DNA from: an uncultured Verrucomicrobiota bacterium
GTDB taxonomy: Bacteria; Verrucomicrobiota; Verrucomicrobiia; Limisphaerales; CAIMTB01
DNA: 63,972 nt
Direction: 5' to 3'
Assembly (NCBI GenBank): GCA_964476125.1
Contig: CAYZAE010000015.1
Coordinates: 1 to 63,972, forward strand
In this document: piece by piece, positions 55,845-63,972 of the stretch
Numbering within the stretch: the first letter of the stretch is position 1
Layout: the number at the start of each line of letters is the position of its first letter
Notes under the pieces: model-generated
What the model saw: the letters and a program-made list of their open reading frames with translations, nothing else
Told to the model about the DNA's origin: nothing
Database searches by the model: none
Program-made: the position numbers and the translations under genes

Positions 55845-56779
55845 ATACCTCGTCCCACCCGGGATCCACCACCTCCCGCACCCTCTCCACCCTGGGGGAA
55901 CTCCTGGCCCGCACATCGACCCTGCTGGTGCTCGGATTGTTCCTCGGTCTGCTCGGCTACATCGTCTGGCTCGGAGCCAGCCAGATCTCCTGGAAGTTCG
56001 TCCTGGGCGGAACCGCCGATTCCATGTTCGACCAATCGGAAGCCGGCGTCCTGCCGATGGTCGTGGGAACTGCCGCCCGCGTGATGCTCATGACCATCTT
56101 CGTCATCCCCATCGGCGTCGTCACTGCTGTCTATCTCCACGAATACGCCCCCCCACGATCCTTCCTCACACGATTCATCCGGCTCGCCGTCTTCAACCTG
56201 GCTGGCGTCCCAAGCATCGTCTTCGGCCTCTTCGGCGTCGGATTCTTCATCAGCTTCATCGGCCACGGTCTCGATTCCCTCTCCAGTGCCGGTGAACCGC
56301 GCTGGGGCAAACCGGCACTTCTTTGGGCCTCCCTGACCCTGGCCGTCATGACCCTGCCCGTCGTCATCGTCGCCACCGAGGAATCCCTCAAAGCCATCAC
56401 CCCAGGACTCCGGGAGGCCAGCCTCGCCCTCGGCGCCTCCAGACTCGAAACCATCCTCCGCATCGTCCTCCCCAACGCCCTCCCAGGCATCCTCACCGGC
56501 GGCATCCTCGCCATCTCCCGCGCCGCCGGCGAAGTCGCCCCCATCCTCTTCACCGGCGCCGCCTACTACCTCAAGGACACCCCCAAATCCGTGTCCGACC
56601 AGTTCATGGATCTCGCCTATCACGTCTACGTCCTGACCACCCAGTCACCCAATGTCGAACACACCCGTCCAATCCTCTTCGGAACAGTCCTCGTGCTCCT
56701 CGCCCTGACCCTCTCCCTCAACATCACCGCCGTCATCATTCGCGACCGGGTCCGCAGTCGGGGCGGTATCCTCCAGTAG
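55841..56779 (+). CDS. pstA: phosphate ABC transporter permease
   Basis: GTG 55841 overlaps the pstC stop (GTGA), with GAAGGAG upstream. EAA loop EESLKAITPGLREASLALGASRLETI. Confidence 0.9.
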
Positions 56780-56791
56780 CCGATCGGCACC

Positions 56792-57610
56792 ATGAGCGAC
56801 CCGTCACCCCCGCCCCTCCAGACGCCCGGTTCAGTCACCCTCGGCGGAGAGTCGCCCATCCCTCTCATCGAGGCTCAGCAGCTTTCTGTTGCCTACGGCC
56901 AAAACTGGGCCCTCAGGAACATCTCCATCGCCATCCGCGAACGTCTCGTCACCGCCTTCATCGGACCCTCCGGCTGCGGAAAGTCCTCCCTGCTGCGCTG
57001 CTTCAACCGGATGAACGACCTCATCGACTCCGTCCGCATCACCGGCGAATGCCGCATCGGCGGTGTCGACATCTATGGCCCCGGTGTCGACGCCATCGAA
57101 CTGCGCAAACGCGTCGGCATGGTCTTCCAGAAATCCAACCCGTTCCCCAAGTCGATCTACGAAAACATCGCCTACGGCCTGCGCCTCCATGGCACCCGCC
57201 AACGCTCCCTCCTCGACGACGCCGTCGAAAAATCACTGCGCGGCGCCGCACTCTGGGACGAGGTCAAGGACCGCCTCCACCAGAGCGCCCTCCGGCTCTC
57301 CGGCGGACAGCAACAGCGCCTTTGCATCGCCCGCGCCATCGCCATCCGTCCCGAAATCATTCTCATGGACGAACCGGCCAGCGCACTCGACCCCATCGCC
57401 ACCGCCAAAATCGAGGAACTGATCCTCGAACTGAAAAAGGAATTCACCATCGTCATCGTCACCCACAACATGCATCAGGCCACCCGCATCTCCGATTACA
57501 CCGCCTTCTTCTACCTCGGCGAACTGGTCGAATACGACCTCACCACCAAGGTCTTCACCAACCCCTCCCAACGCAAAACCGAGGACTACGTCACCGGCCG
57601 CTTCGGCTGA
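56792..57610 (+). CDS. pstB: phosphate ABC transporter ATP-binding protein
   Basis: Walker [10 protein letters not shown], signature LSGGQQQRL and Walker [12 protein letters not shown]. Confidence 0.95.
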   Translation: MSDPSPPPLQTPGSVTLGGESPIPLIEAQQLSVAYGQNWALRNISIAIRERLVTAFIGPSGCGKSSLLRCFNRMNDLIDSVRITGECRIGGVDIYGPGVDAIELRKRVGMVFQKSNPFPKSIYENIAYGLRLHGTRQRSLLDDAVEKSLRGAALWDEVKDRLHQSALRLSGGQQQRLCIARAIAIRPEIILMDEPASALDPIATAKIEELILELKKEFTIVIVTHNMHQATRISDYTAFFYLGELVEYDLTTKVFTNPSQRKTEDYVTGRFG

Positions 57611-57631
57611 GGCGTGCGAAGCACGCCGTGC

Positions 57632-57807
57632 GTCGCAGGTCGCAGGTCGTGGGTCGAAAAAACCATCCCCCCTCTCCCGTCTCCCACCTCCCGTCTCCCA
57701 TCTCCCCCCCCAGACGCCAGACGCCAGCCCCCAGAAGCTAGACGCGAGACCCCAGAAGCTAGACGCGAGACCCCAGACGCCAGACGCTAGACCCCGGACC
57801 CCAGCCC
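57632..57807. repeat. three consecutive heptamer tandem arrays in the pstB-phoU spacer
   Basis: About 3.5 units of (GTCGCAG) at 57632-57656, 5 units of (TCTCCCR) at 57673-57707, and about 14 units of (CCAGACG-like) at 57710-57807 that include two exact 21-nt units at 57730-57771. A hairpin ggcgtgc-gaa-gcacgcc sits at 57611-57627. Confidence 0.85.
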
Positions 57808-57822
57808 CGATCTCCGATCCGC

Positions 57823-58506
57823 ATGACCCATCTTGAATCCAGCATCGACGGTCTTCGTCAGCGCCTGCTGACCATGGCAAGCCACGCCTCCAACCAGGTC
57901 CGACTGGCCATGAAGGTGCTTACCGACCGTGATGACGAACTCGCGGTGCAGGTGGAGGAGGAAGACAACATCCTCGATTCCCTGGAAATGGAGATCGACG
58001 AGGTCGCCATCCAGCTCCTCCTGCGCGCGCCCCTCGCCCGCGACCTGAGGCTGATCATGATCGCCACCAAGCTGGGACATGACCTGGAACGCGTCGGCGA
58101 CGAAGCCACCGCCATTGCCCGACGCTCACGCGACCTCAACCGCGAACCGCAGCTCAAGCCCTACGTTGATCTCCCGCGCATGGCCCTCATGGTCCTCGAG
58201 ATGCTGGGCACCGCCATCGATTCCTTCATCCGCAGCGACGGCGAACTCGCGCGCACCGTCATTCCGCGCGACAAGGAGATCGACCAGCTCAACAAGCAGC
58301 TGCACCGGGAACTCACCAGCTTCCTCGCCGAAAGCCCGGGCAACATCACCCGCTGCCTCAACCTCATGGCCATCTCCAAGCGGCTGGAACGTATCGGCGA
58401 CCACGCCAAGAACATCGCCGAGGAAGTCGTCTACCTCTGCGAGGCCCGCGATATCCGGCACACCTACAAGACCTCCGATTCCTCCGGCGCCCCGGCCGCC
58501 CCCTGA
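57823..58506 (+). CDS. phoU: phosphate signalling complex protein PhoU
   Basis: 227 aa made of two PhoU repeats, each with an acidic-rich helix (VEEEDNILDSLEMEIDE; RDKEIDQLNKQLHREL), plus KRLERIGDHAKNIAE. Confidence 0.9.
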   Translation: MTHLESSIDGLRQRLLTMASHASNQVRLAMKVLTDRDDELAVQVEEEDNILDSLEMEIDEVAIQLLLRAPLARDLRLIMIATKLGHDLERVGDEATAIARRSRDLNREPQLKPYVDLPRMALMVLEMLGTAIDSFIRSDGELARTVIPRDKEIDQLNKQLHRELTSFLAESPGNITRCLNLMAISKRLERIGDHAKNIAEEVVYLCEARDIRHTYKTSDSSGAPAAP

Positions 58507-58528
58507 AGAACTGCCCGGACCCTCCGGA

Positions 58529-59353
58529 TCACAGATCCAGCGGCCCCGCCATGCGCTCGCCGTCGAGGGCATAGATGCCCACGAGATACCCGTTCTCGTA
58601 CATCTCCCCGACCTTCAGTTTCCCGAACAGGGTCACCGCCTGGTCCATCACCGGCTTCACCCCGGTTCCCACCATCTTCACGCTCACCCACTCGTTGATC
58701 TTGGGAACCGAGCCATAACAGCACATGGACTGGTCCCGCATGATCAGCAACTCCGTCACCAATCCCTTCTCCACCTTCAAGGGCAGCATGAAGCCCTTCA
58801 GCGAAATCAACCGGTTGTTCAAGGCCTTGATGGTCTCCGGAATCTGCGCCGAGGCCTGGGTCGCCGCCACCACGTTGGTATCCACCGGACCGTCCGGCAG
58901 GGTGTACTGAAACGACGCCAGCTTGTCGAAACCCACCGACATCGGGTCGCCCGGCTTGCCTGCCGCTGCTGCGGCGGCGAGGGCGACAACACCGTTACTC
59001 GCACCCGGAGCAGCGACGGCATTCAACGTGGCTTCCACCGCCGCGACCGACACCGCTCCCGTCGACGGCATGGGTGCCGCGACGGCGTTGGAAAGGATGC
59101 CTGGGGCTTCCCCCGCCTTGGGCACCTGCACCTGCACCGTCACTGCGGCCACCTGCGAAGTTGCCGCAACGACCGGCGCCACGATGGGCTCGCCACGGAT
59201 GGGCTCGCCGCGCACGGGAGCCGGCGCCGTTCCCGACTGCGCCGTTTCCACGCCTTCCTTGCCGCAACCGGCCAGGAACACCGCCGAGCTCAATACCGCC
59301 AGCACCACCGCCGAACTCGCGCCAGGAAGGAACTCCGAAAAACGCCGTTTCAT
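58529..59353 (-). CDS. lipoprotein with C-terminal DUF3299-like domain
   Basis: ATG 59353 (MKRRFSEF). Perfect lipobox FLAGC. C-terminal region FDKLASFQYTLPD...LKGFMLPL...MRDQSMCCYGSVPKINEWVSVKM. Confidence 0.75.
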   Translation of the reverse strand: MKRRFSEFLPGASSAVVLAVLSSAVFLAGCGKEGVETAQSGTAPAPVRGEPIRGEPIVAPVVAATSQVAAVTVQVQVPKAGEAPGILSNAVAAPMPSTGAVSVAAVEATLNAVAAPGASNGVVALAAAAAAGKPGDPMSVGFDKLASFQYTLPDGPVDTNVVAATQASAQIPETIKALNNRLISLKGFMLPLKVEKGLVTELLIMRDQSMCCYGSVPKINEWVSVKMVGTGVKPVMDQAVTLFGKLKVGEMYENGYLVGIYALDGERMAGPLDL

Positions 59354-59424
59354 GCCTTGGAAACACTTGGCACAGCCGCCCCGCCCGCTCAAGCGGCAAG
59401 ACCGCGCCATCTGCCAATCCGGGA

Positions 59425-60822
59425 TCATCTGAGAACCCGCGCCATCGCCGCCTTCATCCTCGACTCGGCCCCGGGGGCGACCCAACACCAGTCGCCCAGG
59501 TTTGAGTCCTTTTCCGCCCAGTGCCTTTCCGTCGGGACATACCCCGTCGCCCCGTCCCCATACCCCGCCACGCACACGAACGAATCCGGTCGCAGGGACT
59601 GCGCTGCCAGCTGGTATTCCACGTAACTTTCGCCCGGGAGCAGGAGCAAAACAGCACACCCCAGATCAAGGCAGGGCACGTCAATCGGATGACCCGCCGC
59701 CACGCGCCGGCGCCAGCTCAAACCCATGGCCGCAAGGCACTGCCGGAACGGCACCATCTCCGTGGCCAGGGCCGCCAGGAGACCGTCCTCCGTGAACTCG
59801 GCATCCGCGCGCGGCTCCAACACCAGGGGCGTCGATCGGAACTCGAAGCGCCGCAGCCGCTCCCGTCGGGTGGCCGCCCAGGCGCCTTCCATCCCCGCCG
59901 TCAGGCGGTTGGCCAGCACCGACCGATTCTCCCGCGCCCCCGTGTTGTACCGACCCGCCGTCACGTTGCCGCTGCACCCTGAAACATAGATCTGGGCCAC
60001 CCCGGGCAGCGCCGCCTGCCTCGCCCTCCGCGCCAATCCCGGAAAATCCGCGGAGACCTCCCCCTGCCCGTAGTAGCTCATGGGGTGCACCGCATAAAAA
60101 CTCGCCGCCACCAGGGGCTCGTCGCCCTCCCAGAAACTCAGCGTCTTCAACCACGGATCAATCGTCCCCTCGTCCGCCTCGATCGCAAACGCGTTGCGCG
60201 TCGCGCTCATCCGATCGTACCGAACCTGGCCATCGGGCATCAGATACCTCCGGTTCGACGCCACTTTTTCCACCCGCGCCTGCCCCATCCCCACGTGGCT
60301 CACCCGCCGGGAACGCCGCATCGACTCCCGCACGGCCACGGCCACGCGTTGCAACGCCTCCTCATGGAACAAGGGATCACACACCGTCCCCGCCAGACGC
60401 CGCTCCCGTAAAATCAACTCCGCCCCGAGATCCGCCACCGGAGTGTCATGCTGATGGATCGTGCTCACCATCACCCGCTCCGGCACCGTTCCCGCCGCCA
60501 ACGCCAGCACCTCCCGCCACCGCGCATAAGCGTCGTTCCGGATCTCACACCAGTCGACCGACACAAACACCACCGGCCCCCCCTCGCCCAGGAGCACAAA
60601 TCCGCAGGCCTCCAGGGGATCGGCCACCGTCTTCGACAACCAGGCCCCGCCCATCATCCCGTGGCCCATCGGCACCGTCACATCCGCCTTGAAGGACGCC
60701 ACCCGGACCCCTCCCCCGCGCAGCACGGAACAGCCTGTCCCCAGGCCGGAAACCCCCGCCACCAGGGACCCCTCGCCCAACCGCCTGAGAAAGGACCGCC
60801 GCGACAGGACTGGTTCGCTCAT
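59425..60822 (-). CDS. Tat-exported hypothetical hydrolase; the N-domain resembles the neutral/alkaline ceramidase family (tentative)
   Basis: ATG 60822. Tat signal MSEPVLSRRSFLRRLG. Motif KADVTVPMGHGMMGG...VFVSVDWCEI...VSTIHQHDTP. Confidence 0.65.
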   Translation of the reverse strand: MSEPVLSRRSFLRRLGEGSLVAGVSGLGTGCSVLRGGGVRVASFKADVTVPMGHGMMGGAWLSKTVADPLEACGFVLLGEGGPVVFVSVDWCEIRNDAYARWREVLALAAGTVPERVMVSTIHQHDTPVADLGAELILRERRLAGTVCDPLFHEEALQRVAVAVRESMRRSRRVSHVGMGQARVEKVASNRRYLMPDGQVRYDRMSATRNAFAIEADEGTIDPWLKTLSFWEGDEPLVAASFYAVHPMSYYGQGEVSADFPGLARRARQAALPGVAQIYVSGCSGNVTAGRYNTGARENRSVLANRLTAGMEGAWAATRRERLRRFEFRSTPLVLEPRADAEFTEDGLLAALATEMVPFRQCLAAMGLSWRRRVAAGHPIDVPCLDLGCAVLLLLPGESYVEYQLAAQSLRPDSFVCVAGYGDGATGYVPTERHWAEKDSNLGDWCWVAPGAESRMKAAMARVLR

Positions 60823-60983
60823 GGAGGTCCGCACCCTGCCCCCATCCGCTGTGCCGTCCCAGCTGGAAAAACGAAACGACCAAAGACCTGTCCCCCAGTC
60901 GCACCGCCGAGATCCTCGCTTTTCACCCGCTCTCCGACTACAACTCCCTCCAAGCCACGCGATTCACCCCTCATTCATTGCCC

Positions 60984-62345
60984 ATGAAACGCCGCGAATT
61001 CCTCAAGACCTCCACCGCGGTCGCCACCGTTGCCGCCGCCGCGACCTACGTCCCCACCACCTTCGCCGCAGAAAAAACCCGGCGCGTGGGCCTCATCGGC
61101 ACCGGCTGGTACGGCAAAAGCTCCCTCTTCCGACTGCTCCAGGTCGCCCCGGTCGAGGTGGTGTCCCTGTGCGACGTCGACAAGAACATGCTCACCGCCG
61201 CCGCAGGCATGGTGGCGGAACGGCAGGCTTCGAAAAAGAAGCCCCGGACCTACGGGGACTACCGGGAGATGCTCAAGGAGAAGGACCTGGACATCGTCAT
61301 GGTCTCGACCCCCGACCACTGGCACGCCCTGCCTTCCATCGCCGCCATGCAGGCCGGGGCGGACGTCTACGTCGAAAAGCCGACCGCCACCGACATCATC
61401 GAAAGCCAGTCCATGGTCGCCGCCGCCCGGAAATACAACCGTGTCGTGCAGGTCAACACCCAGCGCCGCAGCACGCCGCACCTCATCGAGGCGGTCAACG
61501 AGATCATCAAGACCGACAAGCTCGGCAAGATCCGGCACGTCGACATCTGCTGCTATTGGCACATGCGCAACGGGGATACCCCCGCCTCCGCCCCGGACAT
61601 CGAACCGCCCGATCACTTGGACTACGAGATGTGGACCGGGCCCGCCCCGAAAAGGCCGTTCTGCAAGGTCAACCACCCCCGCGGCTGGCGCGCCTTCACG
61701 GAGTACGGAAACGGCATCGTCGGCGACATGTGCGTGCACATGCTCGACATGGTCCGCTGGATGCTCGACCTCGGTGCCCCGAAGTCCGTCACCTCCTGGG
61801 GCGGCATTCTCAACAGCCGGGGTGGCCGGGCCAACATCAGCGACACCCAGACCGCCACCTTCGAGTTCGACGGCCTTCAGGTGGTCTGGAACCACCGCAC
61901 CTGGGGACCCATGCCCGACCCCGACTGGCCCTGGGCTGCCATCATCCACGGCGAGAAGGGCGTGCTCAAAGCCAGCGTCTTCAAGTACGAGTTCATTCCC
62001 CGCGACGGTGGCCCCAGGAAATCCGCCGAGGCCGTGCTCGAGTACGACAAGTATCCCGAGGACAAGACCGAGAAGGACCTCGAACGGCACGTCGCCTCCG
62101 CCATGCGCGGACATTGGCGCAACTACCTGCAGTGCGTCGACCAGCGGACCCGGCCCGTGGCCGACATCGAACACGCCCACATCTCGAGCACCGCCTGCAT
62201 TCTCGCCAATCTCTCGGCCCAGCTCGGTCGCACGCTCAAGTGGGATGCCACCACCCACACCTGCACCGGCGACGCCGAGGCCAACCAACTCCTCCGCCGC
62301 CCCTACCGGGCCCCCTGGGTCCACCCGGAACCGGACAAGGTCTGA
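60984..62345 (+). CDS. Gfo/Idh/MocA family oxidoreductase with Tat signal
   Basis: ATG 60984. Tat signal MKRREFLKTSTAVATVAAAA. Rossmann motif VGLIGTGWYGK. Also VSTPDHWHA and EKP. Confidence 0.85.
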   Translation: MKRREFLKTSTAVATVAAAATYVPTTFAAEKTRRVGLIGTGWYGKSSLFRLLQVAPVEVVSLCDVDKNMLTAAAGMVAERQASKKKPRTYGDYREMLKEKDLDIVMVSTPDHWHALPSIAAMQAGADVYVEKPTATDIIESQSMVAAARKYNRVVQVNTQRRSTPHLIEAVNEIIKTDKLGKIRHVDICCYWHMRNGDTPASAPDIEPPDHLDYEMWTGPAPKRPFCKVNHPRGWRAFTEYGNGIVGDMCVHMLDMVRWMLDLGAPKSVTSWGGILNSRGGRANISDTQTATFEFDGLQVVWNHRTWGPMPDPDWPWAAIIHGEKGVLKASVFKYEFIPRDGGPRKSAEAVLEYDKYPEDKTEKDLERHVASAMRGHWRNYLQCVDQRTRPVADIEHAHISSTACILANLSAQLGRTLKWDATTHTCTGDAEANQLLRRPYRAPWVHPEPDKV

Positions 62346-62434
62346 TCCTTGTTTCGGGAACTCTCCGGATTCTGCGCGGCTCCTGATTTGCCGCTTGGTC
62401 GGGACCGGCGGGGCACTTCATCCTGCCGCGTCCC

Positions 62435-63694
62435 ATGAATGCCCAGGACCATCTCCCGGTTCCCGACCGCCGTCGACTGGCCCTGACCCTCACCGCCGCG
62501 CTGCTGGGCTGGATGTTCGACGGCATGGAGATGGGCATCTTCCCGCTCGTCGCCCGGCCCGCACTTCAACATCTCCAGGCCGTCTCGGCGGTCGTCGATG
62601 AAGGGTTCGTGCAGCGCTGGATGGGCATCGTCACCGCCGCGTTCCTGCTCGGCGCCGCCCTCGGCGGCCTGGTGTTCGGCTGGCTCGGTGACCGCATCGG
62701 GCGCGTGCGGGCCATGACCGCGAGCATCCTCTGCTACTCGATCTTCACCGGTCTCTGCTACTTCGCCGGCGCCCCCTGGCAGCTCGCCGCCCTTCGCTTC
62801 ATCGCCGCCCTCGGCATGGGCGGGGAATGGGCGCTCGGCGTCGCGCTGGTGATGGAAAGCTGGCCGGAGAACCGACGACCGCTGCTCGCCGGACTGATCG
62901 GTGCCGCCGCCAATCTCGGCTACTGCCTTGTCGCCGTCCTGGCCATCGGGATCCATATCACCACCGACTCCTGGCGCTGGGTCATGATGGTCGGCGCCGC
63001 CCCGGCCGCCCTCACCTTCTTCATCCGCCTGTTCGTCCCCGAATCCGAGCGCTGGAAATCCTCCGTCAGCCATTCCACCACCCACCCCATCCGCGAGGTG
63101 TTCTCCCAGCCGCTGTTGCCCCGCACCCTGCTGGCCATCGCCTTCGCCTCCATCCCCCTGGTCGTGACCTGGGGCATCGTCCAGTGGATCCCCCTCTGGG
63201 CCGACCAGATGACCGGCGGAAAACGTCCCGAGGTGAAGGCTTTCATCCAGCTCTCCCAATCCGGCGGAGCCGTTCTCGGCAGTCTCATCGCGCCACTGCT
63301 CGGGATCTGGTTCGGTCGACGCATCATCTACGCCGGCATGTGCGGAGCGGCCCTGGTCGTTTGCAGCATGCTCTTCCGCGGGGTCCACGAATACGGCGCC
63401 GGTTTTCTCGGCATGGTTTTCCTCGTTGGCGCCACCACCGCCGCGTTCTACGGCTGGCTGCCGCTCTACCTGCCCGAACTCTTCCCCACCCGCGCCCGCG
63501 CCACCGGCCAGGGACTCGCCTTCAACTTTGGTCGCATCCTCGCCGCCGTGGGCGCCTGGCAGATGCCCACGCTCATGGCCTGGTTCGACAAGAGCTACCC
63601 CAAGGCCGGCGCCACCATCGTGCTCATCTACTTCCTTGGAATGGCCCTCATCTGGCTCGCCCCCGAAACCAAGGACCAACCCCTCCCCGAGTAG
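62435..63694 (+). CDS. MFS transporter
   Basis: 419 aa with about 12 TM segments. MFS loop motif GWLGDRIGRVRA. Confidence 0.85.
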   Translation: MNAQDHLPVPDRRRLALTLTAALLGWMFDGMEMGIFPLVARPALQHLQAVSAVVDEGFVQRWMGIVTAAFLLGAALGGLVFGWLGDRIGRVRAMTASILCYSIFTGLCYFAGAPWQLAALRFIAALGMGGEWALGVALVMESWPENRRPLLAGLIGAAANLGYCLVAVLAIGIHITTDSWRWVMMVGAAPAALTFFIRLFVPESERWKSSVSHSTTHPIREVFSQPLLPRTLLAIAFASIPLVVTWGIVQWIPLWADQMTGGKRPEVKAFIQLSQSGGAVLGSLIAPLLGIWFGRRIIYAGMCGAALVVCSMLFRGVHEYGAGFLGMVFLVGATTAAFYGWLPLYLPELFPTRARATGQGLAFNFGRILAAVGAWQMPTLMAWFDKSYPKAGATIVLIYFLGMALIWLAPETKDQPLPE

Positions 63695-63708
63695 TCTCCC
63701 CCCGCGTA

Positions 63709-63972
63709 TGGACTGCGGCAGCCCTCTGCCGCTTTCAAACAACCGTCCCTTCGCCCCTACCCCGGGAACACCCACCCGCGCTCCCTTTGGACTGCGGCAG
63801 CCCCCTGCCGCTTTCCCGCAACCATCCCCTCCTTCCCCCTACCCCGGATCCGGAATCCACCGCACCCACCTTCCCAACGCCAAAGCGCCAGAGGGCTGGC
63901 GCACTCCACATGCCTTGCCCTTTGGACTGCGGCAGCCCCCTGCCGCTTTCCCGCAACCATCCCCTCCTTCCC
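63709..63972. repeat. cluster of four REP-like hairpin elements embedded in a 135-nt-period direct repeat
   Basis: tggactgcggcag-ccct/cccc-ctgccgctttc occurs at 63709-63736, 63788-63815 and 63923-63950. An inverted variant, aaagcgccagagggctggcgcactcca, lies at 63882-63908. Region 63783-63838 is repeated at 63918-63972, where the window ends. Confidence 0.8.

Noticed and set aside
60962-60978. ATTCAC-N5-ATTCAT direct repeat with 11-nt spacing, considered as another Pho box
   Set aside because: It ends 5 nt before the ATG of the oxidoreductase gene, leaving no room for a -10 element or a leader. It has only two units and a different core.

Overview
Visibly GC-rich chromosomal segment. The gene content points to the PVC superphylum, most likely Verrucomicrobiota: there is a DUF1553/PSCyt plus DUF1501 pair, an ECF sigma factor paired with a Ser/Thr kinase-WD40 protein, and many large exported proteins ending in an 'FFR/FYR' beta domain. 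About 40 genes are supportable. I found no rRNA, tRNA, CRISPR array, transposase or prophage. Main blocks: (1) HEAT-like protein, a 1077-aa secreted metzincin-like protein, and a GT4 plus heparinase II/III pair with an HNH gene. (2) A minus-strand DUF1553 - DUF1501 - ECF sigma - STK/WD40 array. (3) An orphan ABC permease pair and small hypothetical genes. (4) A phosphorus-acquisition theme: a beta-propeller/phosphoesterase fusion, a phosphonatase-like cluster with a degenerate PhnZ-like HD protein, Pit plus DUF47, and pstSCAB-phoU. (5) The most unusual locus (33.6-47.8 kb, minus strand): a Vibrio TonB2-type cluster (DUF3450, long MotA/ExbB, ExbB, ExbD, TonB, TPR), then a TonB-dependent receptor, then an 1811-aa exported protein built from four in-frame ~427-aa modules. 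Two of those modules share a 665-bp perfectly identical DNA stretch. This operon is preceded by a Pho-box-like triple direct repeat that resembles the ones upstream of pstS and the phosphoesterase. Intergenic DNA carries REP-like palindromic elements and many short pentamer/heptamer tandem arrays. All domain calls come from motif recognition by eye, because no database search was possible. The many long antisense ORFs are GC-driven artefacts.
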